Positions 39,090 through 48,553 are shown, counted from the first letter of the stretch. The stretch is 64,000 nucleotides of DNA from Candidatus Latescibacterota bacterium (GCA_965205975.1 OZ242195.1:4416001-4480000), one strand, 5' to 3'. The notes: generated from the sequence alone by a model not told the origin. Numbers and translations are program-made.

Positions 39090-39192
39090 GCTATCAGCAG
39101 TCAGCGGTCAGGAACAGGCGTTGTAGAGCCGTCATTGCGGCAGGGTTTTAGCCGCAATCCAGTGGGTGGGTGGGGACTGATAGCTGACCGCT
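39090..39192 (+). repeat. Composite element: GTCAT-type REP (39131-39162) bracketed by inverted heptamer runs
   Basis: GCTATCA-GCAGTCA-GCGGTCA ... CTGATAG-CTGACCG-CT. Confidence 0.7.
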
Positions 39193-39213
39193 ATACACAG
39201 GAGGCGATGAGAG

Positions 39214-40233
39214 ATGTACATTCAAGATCAGGTTCATTACGATAACTTAGACGATAATATTTTGAGTTTTTACAGGGCGATTAGCGTGGATTCGATTCAC
39301 CTCGAGTTGCGGGGCGGTAGGCCGTCTGCAAAATCGGCGAAGCGCAGTGGCACGGGTGTGGCGAATACGGCGCTGGCGCAACGGATTCACGCAGGAGAGG
39401 ATTGTACGGAGGAATTTGAGAGGGCGCGGGAGTTGGTGGAATCCCATGGCATGAGGTTGAATAATATTTTTATGCCGTGCTGGGAGGAGATTGCGCTGGC
39501 AATGGAGGATCGGGATGAGAAGATCGGATTCTGGTGTCAGATGCTGGAGTCGCTGGGGAGGGCGGGGATTCCGTGTTTGGGCTGGAATTTCAAGCCGATG
39601 GGGAATTTTCGGACGCCTTCGGATACGGGTCGCGGTGGAGTGAGATATAGTACGTTTGATTATGACTATTTTAGTCAGAATCGTCCAGAGCAATTCGATC
39701 CGCCTGTTTCCGAGGAGACGATGTGGGCAAATATGGAGGCTTTTTTGCAGGCGGTGATTCCCGTTTCAGAAAAGGCGGGGGTGCGTATGGCGCTGCATCC
39801 GGATGATCCGCCGATTCCAGAGCCTTTGGGTGGTATTGCACAGATTTGTTCGTCGCTGGATCAGTTCAGGCGCACGCTTTTTGAGATTGCGCCGGGTGAG
39901 CACAATGGGATGTTATTTTGCCAGGGGTGTATGACGGAGTTGCTGGGTGAGGGTGTTTATGATGCAATTGCCGAGATGGCTTCGAATAATAAGATTGTTT
40001 GGGTGCATTTCCGAAATGTGAAGGGGCAACTGCCGCGGTTTGTCGAAGTTTTTATGGATGAGGGCGATATCGATATGAAGCGCGCGATGGCGGTTTATCG
40101 AGATAATGGGTTCAATGGTCCCTATATGATGGACCATACGCCGAGGTTTGCCCTCCCCACATATACGCAATTGCACGGGAAGGCGTATGCGATTGGGTAT
40201 ATCCGCGCGTTGATCGATGATGTTTATGGGTGA
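39214..40233 (+). CDS. Mannonate dehydratase (UxuA)-like protein
   Basis: MALHPDDPP, FCQGC, VHFRN, DEGDIDM, DHTP. Confidence 0.85.
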   Translation: MYIQDQVHYDNLDDNILSFYRAISVDSIHLELRGGRPSAKSAKRSGTGVANTALAQRIHAGEDCTEEFERARELVESHGMRLNNIFMPCWEEIALAMEDRDEKIGFWCQMLESLGRAGIPCLGWNFKPMGNFRTPSDTGRGGVRYSTFDYDYFSQNRPEQFDPPVSEETMWANMEAFLQAVIPVSEKAGVRMALHPDDPPIPEPLGGIAQICSSLDQFRRTLFEIAPGEHNGMLFCQGCMTELLGEGVYDAIAEMASNNKIVWVHFRNVKGQLPRFVEVFMDEGDIDMKRAMAVYRDNGFNGPYMMDHTPRFALPTYTQLHGKAYAIGYIRALIDDVYG

Positions 40234-40236
40234 CTG

Positions 40237-40315
40237 CGGGCGGGCACGGGGGCACCGCCCCTACAACAGATGAAATAAAAATATCATCGTAGGGGACGGC
40301 CCCTGTGCCGTCCCG
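40237..40315. repeat. Back-to-back pair of GTAG-type REPs
   Basis: Minus-strand copy 40237-40264 (ends CCCCTAC); plus-strand copy 40289-40315. Confidence 0.8.
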
Positions 40316-40413
40316 CCTTTACATATGTCTGTGGGTGACGCAAATTTTGGAATTGACGATGTGAAATGGCGTAATTATCCTGTGCGTGCGAATTTTTGAT
40401 CAAAGGATGGTCT

Positions 40414-42690
40414 ATGTTTGGACTTTTGAAGCGGTATATGCACTGGTTGCACACGCGGTGGCCTTCGGGCACGGTGGAGAAGTTGCCCGAGATGAATGAA
40501 GATGGATCAACGGCGGTGCCGGGGCTTTATATTGTGGGGGATTTAACGGGGATTCCGCTGTTGAAGTTTTCGTCGGATACGGGGGCGCGGGCAGTGCAGA
40601 CGATTGCGGATGATGCGGGGTTTGAGAGGCGGACGAATAGGGATGGGGTGCGCGATCTGGTGATTATCGGTGGGGGGGTGTCGGGTATGGCGGCGGGTAT
40701 TGAGGCGAGAAATCGGGGATTGGATTTTGTGCTGTTGGAGGCGTCAGAGCGGTTTTCTACGGTGGTGAATTTTCCAAAGGCGAAGCCGATTTACACGTAT
40801 CCGACGGATATGGTTCCGGCAGGTGATTTGCAGTTTTCAGATCGAGCAGATGTGAAGGAGCGGTTGTTGGATGAGTTGGAGAAGCGGACCGCGGATATCG
40901 AGCCGGTGTTTGCGCGGGCGGAGTGCGTGCAGCGGGAGGGGGATGTGTTGCGGGTGGTGATTCCCGAGGGTGAGGATTTGCTGGCGCACCGGGTGATTGT
41001 GGCGATTGGGCGGTCGGGCAATTTTAGAAAGTTAAATGTGCCGGGTGAAGATCTGGATAAGGTGATGAACCGGTTGCACGATCCCAAGGATTATGCGGAC
41101 CAGGATGTGCTGGTGGTGGGTGGGGGTGATAGTGCGCTGGAGACGGCGATTGCAATTGCCGAGTCCGGTGGGCGGGTGACGCTGTCGTATCGGCGCGCGG
41201 AGTTGAGCCGTCCCAAGCCCGAGAATGTGGAGAAAATTGAGGTGCTTTCGGGTGGGGAACATTTGCGAATGGCGCTGGCGAGTGAGGTGCAGGCGATTGG
41301 TGAGGAAGAGGTGGTGCTTTCGACGGATGAGGGTGATGAGGCGATGCCCAATGATGCGGTGTTTGCGATGATTGGGCGCGAGGCGCCGCTGGATTTTTTC
41401 AGGCGTTCAGGTGTGCCGATTAGAGGGGAATGGCGCCTGGGTACGTGGGTGTCTTTTGCGCTGGTTATGCTGGCGTGTGTGTTTGTGTATCACTGGAAGA
41501 CGGGTGCGGGGATTCCGATTTACGAGTGGTTTAAGGGGGCAGAGCTGTTTCCGTTTAATTTGACGCCTGCAGAGGATAAGTCGGGTCTTTTCGGGACGGT
41601 TTGGACGTCGATGACGCAGCCGGGTTTTTATTATTCGCTGGCTTATTGTGCGTGTGTGGTCGGGTTTGGGATTCGCAGGATTAATCGACGGCAGACGCCT
41701 TATGTGACGGTGCAGACGGTGACGCTGATGGTTATTCAGTGTGTGCCCCTGTTTTTGTTGCCGTACATTTTCTTGCCGTGGCTGGGTCACAATGGGTGGT
41801 TTTCCGATGGTGCTTTTTTAAAGCCTGTAGCGGATGCGTTGTTCCCGGCGACGGAGTGGGATGCACACGGGCGGGAGTACTGGCGGAGTTTGGGTTTTAT
41901 TCTGGCGTGGCCGCTGTTTTTCTGGAATGTGTTTACGAGCCAGCCGCTGGGGTGGTGGTTGGGTATCAGTCTGGTGCAGACTTTTGTGGTGATTCCTCTG
42001 ATTATCTGGCGCTGGGGCAAGGGGGCTTATTGCGGGTGGATTTGTTCGTGCGGGGCACTGGCAGAGACGATGGGGGATATGCACCGGCAGAAGATGCCGC
42101 ACGGGCCTGTTTGGAATCGGATGAATATGGTGGGGCAGGTGATTTTGGTTCTGGCTTTTGTGCTTTTGGCGTTGCGGATTGCGGGCTGGTTGTTGCCTTA
42201 TGATCACTGGGTGAATGCGGGGTATATGGGGTTGTTTATGGGGAAGGATGTGAATTGGGGCGGTCTGGTGTTTCCGCTGACGTTTTTGAATTATCAGTGG
42301 TTTGTGGATTTGTTTTTGGCGGGTATTATTGGGGTGGGTTTTTACTGGCATTTTAGCGGGCGGATGTGGTGCAGGTTTGCGTGTCCCCTCGCTGCGCTGA
42401 TGCATGTTTATGCGCGGTTTTCGCGGTTTCGGATTTTTGCAGATAAGAAGAAGTGTATTTCGTGTAGTGTGTGTACGTCGGTGTGCCATCAGGGTATCGA
42501 TGTGATGAATTTTGCGAATAAGGGTTTGCCTATGGAGGATCCAGAGTGCGTGCGGTGTTCGGCCTGTGTGCAGAGTTGTCCGACGGGTGTGTTGTCGTTT
42601 GGGCAGATCGATCCTGCGACGGGTGGAGTCGCCAGGATAGATGGACTGGCGGCGTCGCGAGTGGTGATGGCAGAGGAGGGTGAAAGGTGA
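40414..42690 (+). CDS. TrxR-like FAD/NAD(P) oxidoreductase fused to membrane 4Fe-4S (NapH/YccM-like) domain
   Basis: GGGVSG, GGGDSA, YCGWICSCG, WCRFACP, CISCSVCTSVC, CVRCSACVQSCP. Confidence 0.85.
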   Translation: MFGLLKRYMHWLHTRWPSGTVEKLPEMNEDGSTAVPGLYIVGDLTGIPLLKFSSDTGARAVQTIADDAGFERRTNRDGVRDLVIIGGGVSGMAAGIEARNRGLDFVLLEASERFSTVVNFPKAKPIYTYPTDMVPAGDLQFSDRADVKERLLDELEKRTADIEPVFARAECVQREGDVLRVVIPEGEDLLAHRVIVAIGRSGNFRKLNVPGEDLDKVMNRLHDPKDYADQDVLVVGGGDSALETAIAIAESGGRVTLSYRRAELSRPKPENVEKIEVLSGGEHLRMALASEVQAIGEEEVVLSTDEGDEAMPNDAVFAMIGREAPLDFFRRSGVPIRGEWRLGTWVSFALVMLACVFVYHWKTGAGIPIYEWFKGAELFPFNLTPAEDKSGLFGTVWTSMTQPGFYYSLAYCACVVGFGIRRINRRQTPYVTVQTVTLMVIQCVPLFLLPYIFLPWLGHNGWFSDGAFLKPVADALFPATEWDAHGREYWRSLGFILAWPLFFWNVFTSQPLGWWLGISLVQTFVVIPLIIWRWGKGAYCGWICSCGALAETMGDMHRQKMPHGPVWNRMNMVGQVILVLAFVLLALRIAGWLLPYDHWVNAGYMGLFMGKDVNWGGLVFPLTFLNYQWFVDLFLAGIIGVGFYWHFSGRMWCRFACPLAALMHVYARFSRFRIFADKKKCISCSVCTSVCHQGIDVMNFANKGLPMEDPECVRCSACVQSCPTGVLSFGQIDPATGGVARIDGLAASRVVMAEEGER

Positions 42691-42695
42691 AGTAC

Positions 42696-42723
42696 GTAGG
42701 GGCGGTGCCCCCGTGCCCGCCCG
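42696..42723 (+). repeat. GTAG-type REP, exact reverse complement of 40237-40264
   Basis: GTAGGGGCGGTGCCCCCGTGCCCGCCCG. Confidence 0.85.
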
Positions 42724-42800
42724 TTTGTTATTTTGGTTAATATAGAGCCGGGGTTAATTTTAACAGGACTCTGTAGAGAGTTCAATTACAGGAGGGTATA

Positions 42801-43463
42801 ATGTTGAGTGTCATACGTTTGTTGTGTTTGGGGCTGGTGTCGTCGCTTGTGATGGCGGATACGAGTTTTGCCGAGAAGTACCAGATTGACCGATCACATT
42901 CGTCGGTCGGGTTCTCGATTCGGCACTTTGTGAGCCGCACGGCGGGCAGGTTTAATCAGTTTAGCGGCACGATTGATTACGATCCTGCCGCGCCCGAAAA
43001 GACGATGATTGAAACGACGATCCAGGCGCGGAGTGTCGATACGGGGAATCAGCGTCGCGATGATCATTTGCGCGGTGCGGATTTCTTTGAGGTGGAGACT
43101 TATCCGACGATCGCGTTTAAGAGTACGTCGGCTGTGAAGGAAGGGGAAAAGATTCTGGTGACGGGTGATTTGACGATGCACGGCGTGACGAAGAGCATTA
43201 CGATGCCGGTGACGGTGCTCGGCATTGGTACGCATCCGCAGCGCAATACGCCTCTGGCTGGTTTTGAGACCGAGTTGACGCTGTTGTGTTCGGATTTTGG
43301 CGTGAATAGCTGGGCGAATTTTGCCAATGTGCTGGGGGATGAGGTACGCGTGAATATCACGATTGAAGCGGGTCCGCCCAGACAGGCTCGGGGCCAGCAG
43401 GGTCGTCGCGGTGGCGGCGGGCGCGGTGGTCAAGGTGGCCGTGGTGGTGGTCGCGGGAATTGA
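42801..43463 (+). CDS. YceI-family periplasmic protein with Gly/Arg-rich tail
   Basis: IDRSHSSVGF, RDDHLR, GDLTMHGVTK. Confidence 0.92.
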   Translation: MLSVIRLLCLGLVSSLVMADTSFAEKYQIDRSHSSVGFSIRHFVSRTAGRFNQFSGTIDYDPAAPEKTMIETTIQARSVDTGNQRRDDHLRGADFFEVETYPTIAFKSTSAVKEGEKILVTGDLTMHGVTKSITMPVTVLGIGTHPQRNTPLAGFETELTLLCSDFGVNSWANFANVLGDEVRVNITIEAGPPRQARGQQGRRGGGGRGGQGGRGGGRGN

Positions 43464-43527
43464 GCAGGAGGGAAATCCTTTGAACTGGCCTGAGAAACGG
43501 CCAGTTGTACCCCGCTCCCCGACTCTC

Positions 43528-43559
43528 GTCATCGCGGCATGCTTAAAGCCGCGATCCAG
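43528..43559 (+). repeat. GTCAT-type REP-like palindrome
   Basis: GTCATCGCGGC-loop-GCCGCGATCCAG. Confidence 0.75.
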
Positions 43560-43580
43560 AAGATTTTGTTTGTAATCGCT

Positions 43581-43620
43581 AAAAAATCCCATCCTGTATT
43601 CAGGGTGGGATTTTTTGTTT
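43581..43620. terminator. Bidirectional terminator, copy 1 of a ~40-bp direct repeat
   Basis: AAAAAATCCCATCCTG-TATT-CAGGGTGGGATTTTTT. Confidence 0.85.
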
Positions 43621-43636
43621 TGTCCATATAGGCGGA

Positions 43637-44029
43637 TCAATCAGTCCCACCTGTATTCTGAGAATATTGCTCGTAAAAATCCCTTACATCGCGTGGTGTA
43701 AAAGGCGACCTGAGAAGTCCATCGCCAATTCTACGCAATAGTTCTTTAGAGGCAGGAGGTTGTTGCTTCCCTTTGGATAAGACAAATTCGACTTGCCATT
43801 CCTGGAGCAGGCAAGCATTATCATAGGCAATGACTGATTTTTTGGTGATAAAATCGTGATCTCCTGGCTGCAGGATAAGTGTTTGATCTTTGTGCTCACG
43901 CCATGATGTGATATTCACGATAACAGCTACTAACTGATTTTTTCCATAGTCTGCATAATCTGTCAAAAATATACATAAATGTTCACCCCCAAAATCAGGG
44001 TGAATAACACACACACCCGCCAGTCCCAT
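43637..44029 (-). CDS. Putative toxin partner of Panacea protein (possibly PemK/MazF-like)
   Basis: Starts 2 bp after Panacea stop; HLCIFL, VNITS, GDHDFITKKSVIAY. Confidence 0.6.
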   Translation of the reverse strand: MGLAGVCVIHPDFGGEHLCIFLTDYADYGKNQLVAVIVNITSWREHKDQTLILQPGDHDFITKKSVIAYDNACLLQEWQVEFVLSKGKQQPPASKELLRRIGDGLLRSPFTPRDVRDFYEQYSQNTGGTD

Positions 44030-44031
44030 AT

Positions 44032-44619
44032 TTATCTCGCCATGATGAGGGTTTCAAATTTCGCTTTGTATGCGAGATCTTTCTTAATCTCTGTCAAATC
44101 CTCACCCGCCCAGCCTACAGTTCGAAGGAGTGTTTCCCATTCTATCCGCTCGGATGATCCGCCCGGATCATTATATTCGGGTAAGGCCTGGAAGTAAGCT
44201 GTCAATTCTTCAAAGGTTTTGTGCCCAAATTTATCAAATATCTCGCCGATTAGATTGACCTCAGCGGGGGATAGCTCTCCCGTACCGGGGCCCGGTTTGA
44301 TGAGTCGAATACGATGGTCTATGGAATTTGAAAAAAAATGAGACCAGTAGTTGGGTGTATTACTATGGGAAAGCCTCTTTTTTTTGGGGGGATCAATAAG
44401 ATCATACGTATGGCTGGGCGTAGGACCATACAGAAGATTCTTTGGCGTGTCATAAGTTACTGGGCGTCCCCAAAGTTCCAATGCTTTTCTATCCACGAGA
44501 TAGATCAGCTTGAGAAGTTTATACATGTCAATGCTTTGACCGCCATTATGCTTTATCAACAATGCCGCAACCTGGGCAGCTTTCCGCTCTTTGAATTGAG
44601 GCATCTCTATTGTTGACAT
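44032..44619 (-). CDS. Panacea (DUF4065/SocA) domain antitoxin
   Basis: KLLKLIYLVDR, GRPVT, YGP, LPEY; AGGAGG RBS. Confidence 0.85.
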   Translation of the reverse strand: MSTIEMPQFKERKAAQVAALLIKHNGGQSIDMYKLLKLIYLVDRKALELWGRPVTYDTPKNLLYGPTPSHTYDLIDPPKKKRLSHSNTPNYWSHFFSNSIDHRIRLIKPGPGTGELSPAEVNLIGEIFDKFGHKTFEELTAYFQALPEYNDPGGSSERIEWETLLRTVGWAGEDLTEIKKDLAYKAKFETLIMAR

Positions 44620-44700
44620 AAATACCTCCTTATATTTTTTCTTCAAAAAATATAGGGAATTATATACTAAAAAGCGATTGGGAATTTGCTGGTAAAAATA

Positions 44701-44740
44701 AAAAAATCCCATCCTGTCTTCAGGGTGGGATTTTTGTTTG
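44701..44740. terminator. Bidirectional terminator, copy 2 of direct repeat
   Basis: AAAAAATCCCATCCTG-TCTT-CAGGGTGGGATTTTT. Confidence 0.85.
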
Positions 44741-44756
44741 TAGTTTTCCTATTGCT

Positions 44757-46184
44757 TCACATCTCAGTAATTACAACTCTTTTTTTGAATGTGTCGAGGT
44801 CAATTTTTTGGCTGGCGTAGGCGTCAATGTCGCGTTTGGCAACGCGGAAGAGGATGCGGTCGGGAGATTTGATAATCTCAGATGTTTTGTCTTTTTTTGT
44901 ACGCACGATCCGCATGATTTTGTGGTCGCTGTCTTTGAGGAGGTTGGCGTGAACGATAATGGATTCCTCTGGCGATAAGCCGCGCAGAGTGGGCCCGTAG
45001 TCGGCGAGAGTTTCTATGACTGCGGTTTTGAATGCGTCGAGTCCATCACCTTGATCAGAGTCTGGTTTGTACCAATCGTTCCCAAATAGATTACCCTTTT
45101 GCGAGACGAGAAAGAGTGCGCCTATGTCTTTTTGGTAGAAGCCTATGCTTTTGGTGTCATTCAAAAAGTGGAGATCTGTATCCTTTTTGAGGATATTGGT
45201 CAAAATGTCGGCCAGGATGTCGATTCTTTTATCTCGCGAGGGTTGTGGTTCGTGCTCGCGGAAGGTGATTTGATCATAGATGGTTTGTTCGTCAATTTTC
45301 CCTCGGTTGTATGCTTCGATATCGCGTTTGGTGATGGTAGCTTCAAAGAATCTGCCCTTGGGTTTGGCAATTTTGATCGCCACGTTTTTGGAAGTTTCGT
45401 GTCTTTTTTTTACCTCTTCGATCTTTTTTTTGTAAGTTTCCAGTTGTTTTTGGGAGGTTTCGATTTTTTTCTTTAAAGCCTCCATCTGTTTTTTATCAGC
45501 TTCGTCCGTTTTCTTCAAAGCCTCCATCTGTTTTTGGGAGGTTTCGTATGTTTTCTCCAAAGCCTCTGTCTGTTTGTAGGGGTGTAAAGAACCAAAGCCG
45601 TAGCTGTGCTCTGACAAGTGCAAGAGAATGGTTACGCGATCGTCATCTTTGAGTTGTCCAATAGCATTCCCATAAATGCTTAAAAATTCAGTGAGTTGTT
45701 TTTTTATGGCATCATTTTGACTTTGAGAGGTATCTGGTCGTTTTTCGACCATAAAAAATTCAAAGATTTCTTCCTCTTCATTTTCACTGCTTTTGTCGTC
45801 TGTATTCTTCTGTATATGAAGAACTTCAGACTCGTCTAAAAAGTCCCATCGACTCTTAGCATTGCTTCTACTCTGCTGTATTTGCCAAACATCCATGTCG
45901 GATATAGCAATGTCAACGTTTTCGGCACCAGTCGCATGCACTCGGACCTCGTATTTGTGAATCCCGCCGCTGGCAATGAGCAAGACGCCGTGATTTTCAA
46001 TATAAAGACCGGTTGTGGAAACTTTTTTTTCGTCAAAAAATTGGTCGAGTATGCTTTCCTGAATGGAGAGGTCGCGTTTCATGCGTTTCCAGTCTATGTC
46101 GGCGAGGGCTGAAGTGCAAAAGGCAAAGAGAGCTATTCCCGCAAAGAGGCTGGTTTGCGCGATTTTTGTCACGATATGTCTCAT
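44757..46184 (-). CDS. Exported hypothetical protein with duplicated domain and coiled-coil repeats
   Basis: Signal peptide; YGxxxxxL and KRDIxAY each occur twice; ~14-aa KQMEALKK repeats. Confidence 0.7.
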   Translation of the reverse strand: MRHIVTKIAQTSLFAGIALFAFCTSALADIDWKRMKRDLSIQESILDQFFDEKKVSTTGLYIENHGVLLIASGGIHKYEVRVHATGAENVDIAISDMDVWQIQQSRSNAKSRWDFLDESEVLHIQKNTDDKSSENEEEEIFEFFMVEKRPDTSQSQNDAIKKQLTEFLSIYGNAIGQLKDDDRVTILLHLSEHSYGFGSLHPYKQTEALEKTYETSQKQMEALKKTDEADKKQMEALKKKIETSQKQLETYKKKIEEVKKRHETSKNVAIKIAKPKGRFFEATITKRDIEAYNRGKIDEQTIYDQITFREHEPQPSRDKRIDILADILTNILKKDTDLHFLNDTKSIGFYQKDIGALFLVSQKGNLFGNDWYKPDSDQGDGLDAFKTAVIETLADYGPTLRGLSPEESIIVHANLLKDSDHKIMRIVRTKKDKTSEIIKSPDRILFRVAKRDIDAYASQKIDLDTFKKRVVITEM

Positions 46185-46215
46185 GTGATTTTTCCTTTCG
46201 TCCAGGGTATCTACA

Positions 46216-47430
46216 TCAACCATTGGGATCATTTACAACCAGAAATTCAATTTCCCGCTGTTCTTTCTGAATTCGTAAGCCGAGTTGTTCTTTCAGGACT
46301 GCGATCACGGAATTGGGATCGTCTTCGTCATAGGTGAGTTCCCAGTCGTATTTTCCTTCTATTCCGGTACCGTCCTCTACAATACGTTCTAAAACATGTT
46401 CCAATGACTGCGCCAGTCTGCTGATTGCACCGTTCATTGTCTTTATCTTGCCACGTCCACCCCTTGTCATAGATCCCGACGAACTCATTACTGTAGGCTT
46501 CAATTTTTCTGCGCTGTCTTCTTCAGCCGTGAGTACGAAGACTTCAACAGATTTTTTCTGGTTGGAAACGCGCAATTGTAGCGATGCCGTCAATGCTTGT
46601 TGGAATAGCAATTCGAACTGATTGGTCGGCAGTCTGACTGAGATCTCGTACCGCGACTCTAAAAGTGTCTCTGGGCCCAGAATTCGCGTTGTGGGAACGC
46701 CATAAGCCATGCTTAAAATCTGGTGCAATGTCCTGCTCTCTGCTTCCTGCTGTTTGTATCCTTTTGAAATTTTGCTTGAACTACGGCCACCTTCTTTTTC
46801 TGTAGGTGCTATCGATATTTTGAAGATGGGGTCGGTGCCTTCGTTTTCGACAGTTTTCGGTTTTGGCAATTTGGGACGTTCTATTTTTTCTCCCGCGATG
46901 ACCTTTTCGATCATGTCAGATGAGAGCCCTGTCGGGTGGAGTGAGGCGGCGATTATGCCCTCTTGGTTGATCAAAAATGTCCGTGGGATTCCCCTGATAC
47001 CATAAGCTTCAAAGGCTGACCGATCCGTGTCCAGTCCAATCCACGATTTCATTTCTTGTCGTTTTAGAAATGGTGCAATTACGTCTTCGCCTTCATCTGT
47101 TACTGAGATAAACTGGACTTGCTTATCGCGAAATTCCTCGCTTAGCTGGTTCAGATGTGGAATCTCTGCCACGCAGGGGACGCACCAGGTTGCCCAAAAT
47201 TCCAGGACGACAACCTTGCCCTTTAATGCGGATAAGCTCTTTTCACCTTCTGGTGCTTGCAGGTATTTTTCAATGTTCAATTCTGGCGCAGTCTGTCCAA
47301 TGAGGCTCTGCGTTCCCATTACATTCATAACCAACACTTTGGCCTGCTCAGCTGTGCTTTCCTGTGCTATCACACTTGTAGCAAATACATGGACGATGAT
47401 TGCGATTTTCAGTAGATGGGAGTTATGCAT
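46216..47430 (-). CDS. TlpA-like thioredoxin fused to TIGR03435-like domain
   Basis: FWATWCVPC; VEDGTGIEGKYDWEL, EQLGL, EFLVV. Confidence 0.8.
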   Translation of the reverse strand: MHNSHLLKIAIIVHVFATSVIAQESTAEQAKVLVMNVMGTQSLIGQTAPELNIEKYLQAPEGEKSLSALKGKVVVLEFWATWCVPCVAEIPHLNQLSEEFRDKQVQFISVTDEGEDVIAPFLKRQEMKSWIGLDTDRSAFEAYGIRGIPRTFLINQEGIIAASLHPTGLSSDMIEKVIAGEKIERPKLPKPKTVENEGTDPIFKISIAPTEKEGGRSSSKISKGYKQQEAESRTLHQILSMAYGVPTTRILGPETLLESRYEISVRLPTNQFELLFQQALTASLQLRVSNQKKSVEVFVLTAEEDSAEKLKPTVMSSSGSMTRGGRGKIKTMNGAISRLAQSLEHVLERIVEDGTGIEGKYDWELTYDEDDPNSVIAVLKEQLGLRIQKEQREIEFLVVNDPNG

Positions 47431-47444
47431 TGGAATTTCTCCTT

Positions 47445-47801
47445 TTAGTGTTGTACATGCGTGGGATGGGGCGAGATAAATATATAATTGATGTTGTCAT
47501 TGGGTCTTAAAAGCAGGTCATCTGTGGTGTAGATGGCTTTGTCAGCCGGGCGGAGAAGCAGGTCGCGGGCGTTGGGGTTATGGCGTTCTGAGATAAGAAT
47601 TCTCACGCGCACGGAATCGGAGATTATTTTGGCTATGGAATCGAGTTGTGTCGTATGGGGTATTGATATTGTATCGGGTTGCGCGATCTTTATCCGTGTG
47701 TCCGATGGTAGCGTTTTGTCAGATGCGTGAATATTCCAGACGAGGAATAGCAAGATCGGTGCTGTCATCAGTGCTGTGAGTTTTCCGATTTCGCGCTTCA
47801 T
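47445..47801 (-). CDS. Hypothetical exported protein
   Basis: N-terminal TM; DLLLRP twice; overlaps anti-sigma stop. Confidence 0.55.
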   Translation of the reverse strand: MKREIGKLTALMTAPILLFLVWNIHASDKTLPSDTRIKIAQPDTISIPHTTQLDSIAKIISDSVRVRILISERHNPNARDLLLRPADKAIYTTDDLLLRPNDNINYIFISPHPTHVQH

Positions 47802-48553
47802 GGGGTTTTTCTTCCTGTGGGTATCGTGCGGTATGGTCGGTTATCTTCAGGTACGATGAGAACTTCAACTCCGCCATCATAGACGGTGTTTTTAACAGAG
47901 TCCATTTGTGTCAGGATACGGTCGTAGCGGGTTTCCTGTGTGTTGTAGAGGATCTGTAGCCCGCGGTCAATGCGCAGGAGGTCCTGTTGGCGCTGGGTTT
48001 CGAGTTCGCTTACGAGACGAATGAAGGTGTTGTTGACTTCATTGCGCTGTTGGTTTTGCGATTCTTGGACGAGGCGATTGGTGTAGTCGATCAAGTTTTG
48101 TTGATGGATGATAAATTCGCCGAGGGTGATGGGGGCGTCTAATGGGGGGACTTCAGTGGTGTTGGCTGTGGCGGTTTGTTCAATCGGATCGCTGGATCGC
48201 AGGCTAATAGAGGTGTGGAATGCGCCGTCTCGTATGGCAAATTCGATGTTGAGAAAGGTGAAGATGAGGATTGCGGCAATGGCTGAGCCCGCAGCTATCC
48301 AGGTTTTGGGGTATCGCTTGGGGAGCAGGTTTTGCCAGAGGGTTTGGCGCTCCTGTACGAAGACGAGGTCCAGGTTGGGTTTTTCGTCGCCCCAGGCATT
48401 GAGGATGCGGGATGTGCTGCCCAGTTCTTCAAGGGTTTGGCTGCATGACGGGTAGGTTTCGATGTGAACTTTGAGGCGTTCACGCTCGTTTGGACGGATG
48501 TCTTCGTCGTAGAGGTAGGCGACTATTTGTTCTCGGGTGATGTCACAGTTCAT
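47798..48553 (-). CDS. Anti-sigma factor, degenerate zf-HC2 type
   Basis: MNC...AYLYDE...HIETYPSC, one TM; follows ECF sigma. Confidence 0.8.
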   Translation of the reverse strand: MNCDITREQIVAYLYDEDIRPNERERLKVHIETYPSCSQTLEELGSTSRILNAWGDEKPNLDLVFVQERQTLWQNLLPKRYPKTWIAAGSAIAAILIFTFLNIEFAIRDGAFHTSISLRSSDPIEQTATANTTEVPPLDAPITLGEFIIHQQNLIDYTNRLVQESQNQQRNEVNNTFIRLVSELETQRQQDLLRIDRGLQILYNTQETRYDRILTQMDSVKNTVYDGGVEVLIVPEDNRPYRTIPTGRKTP

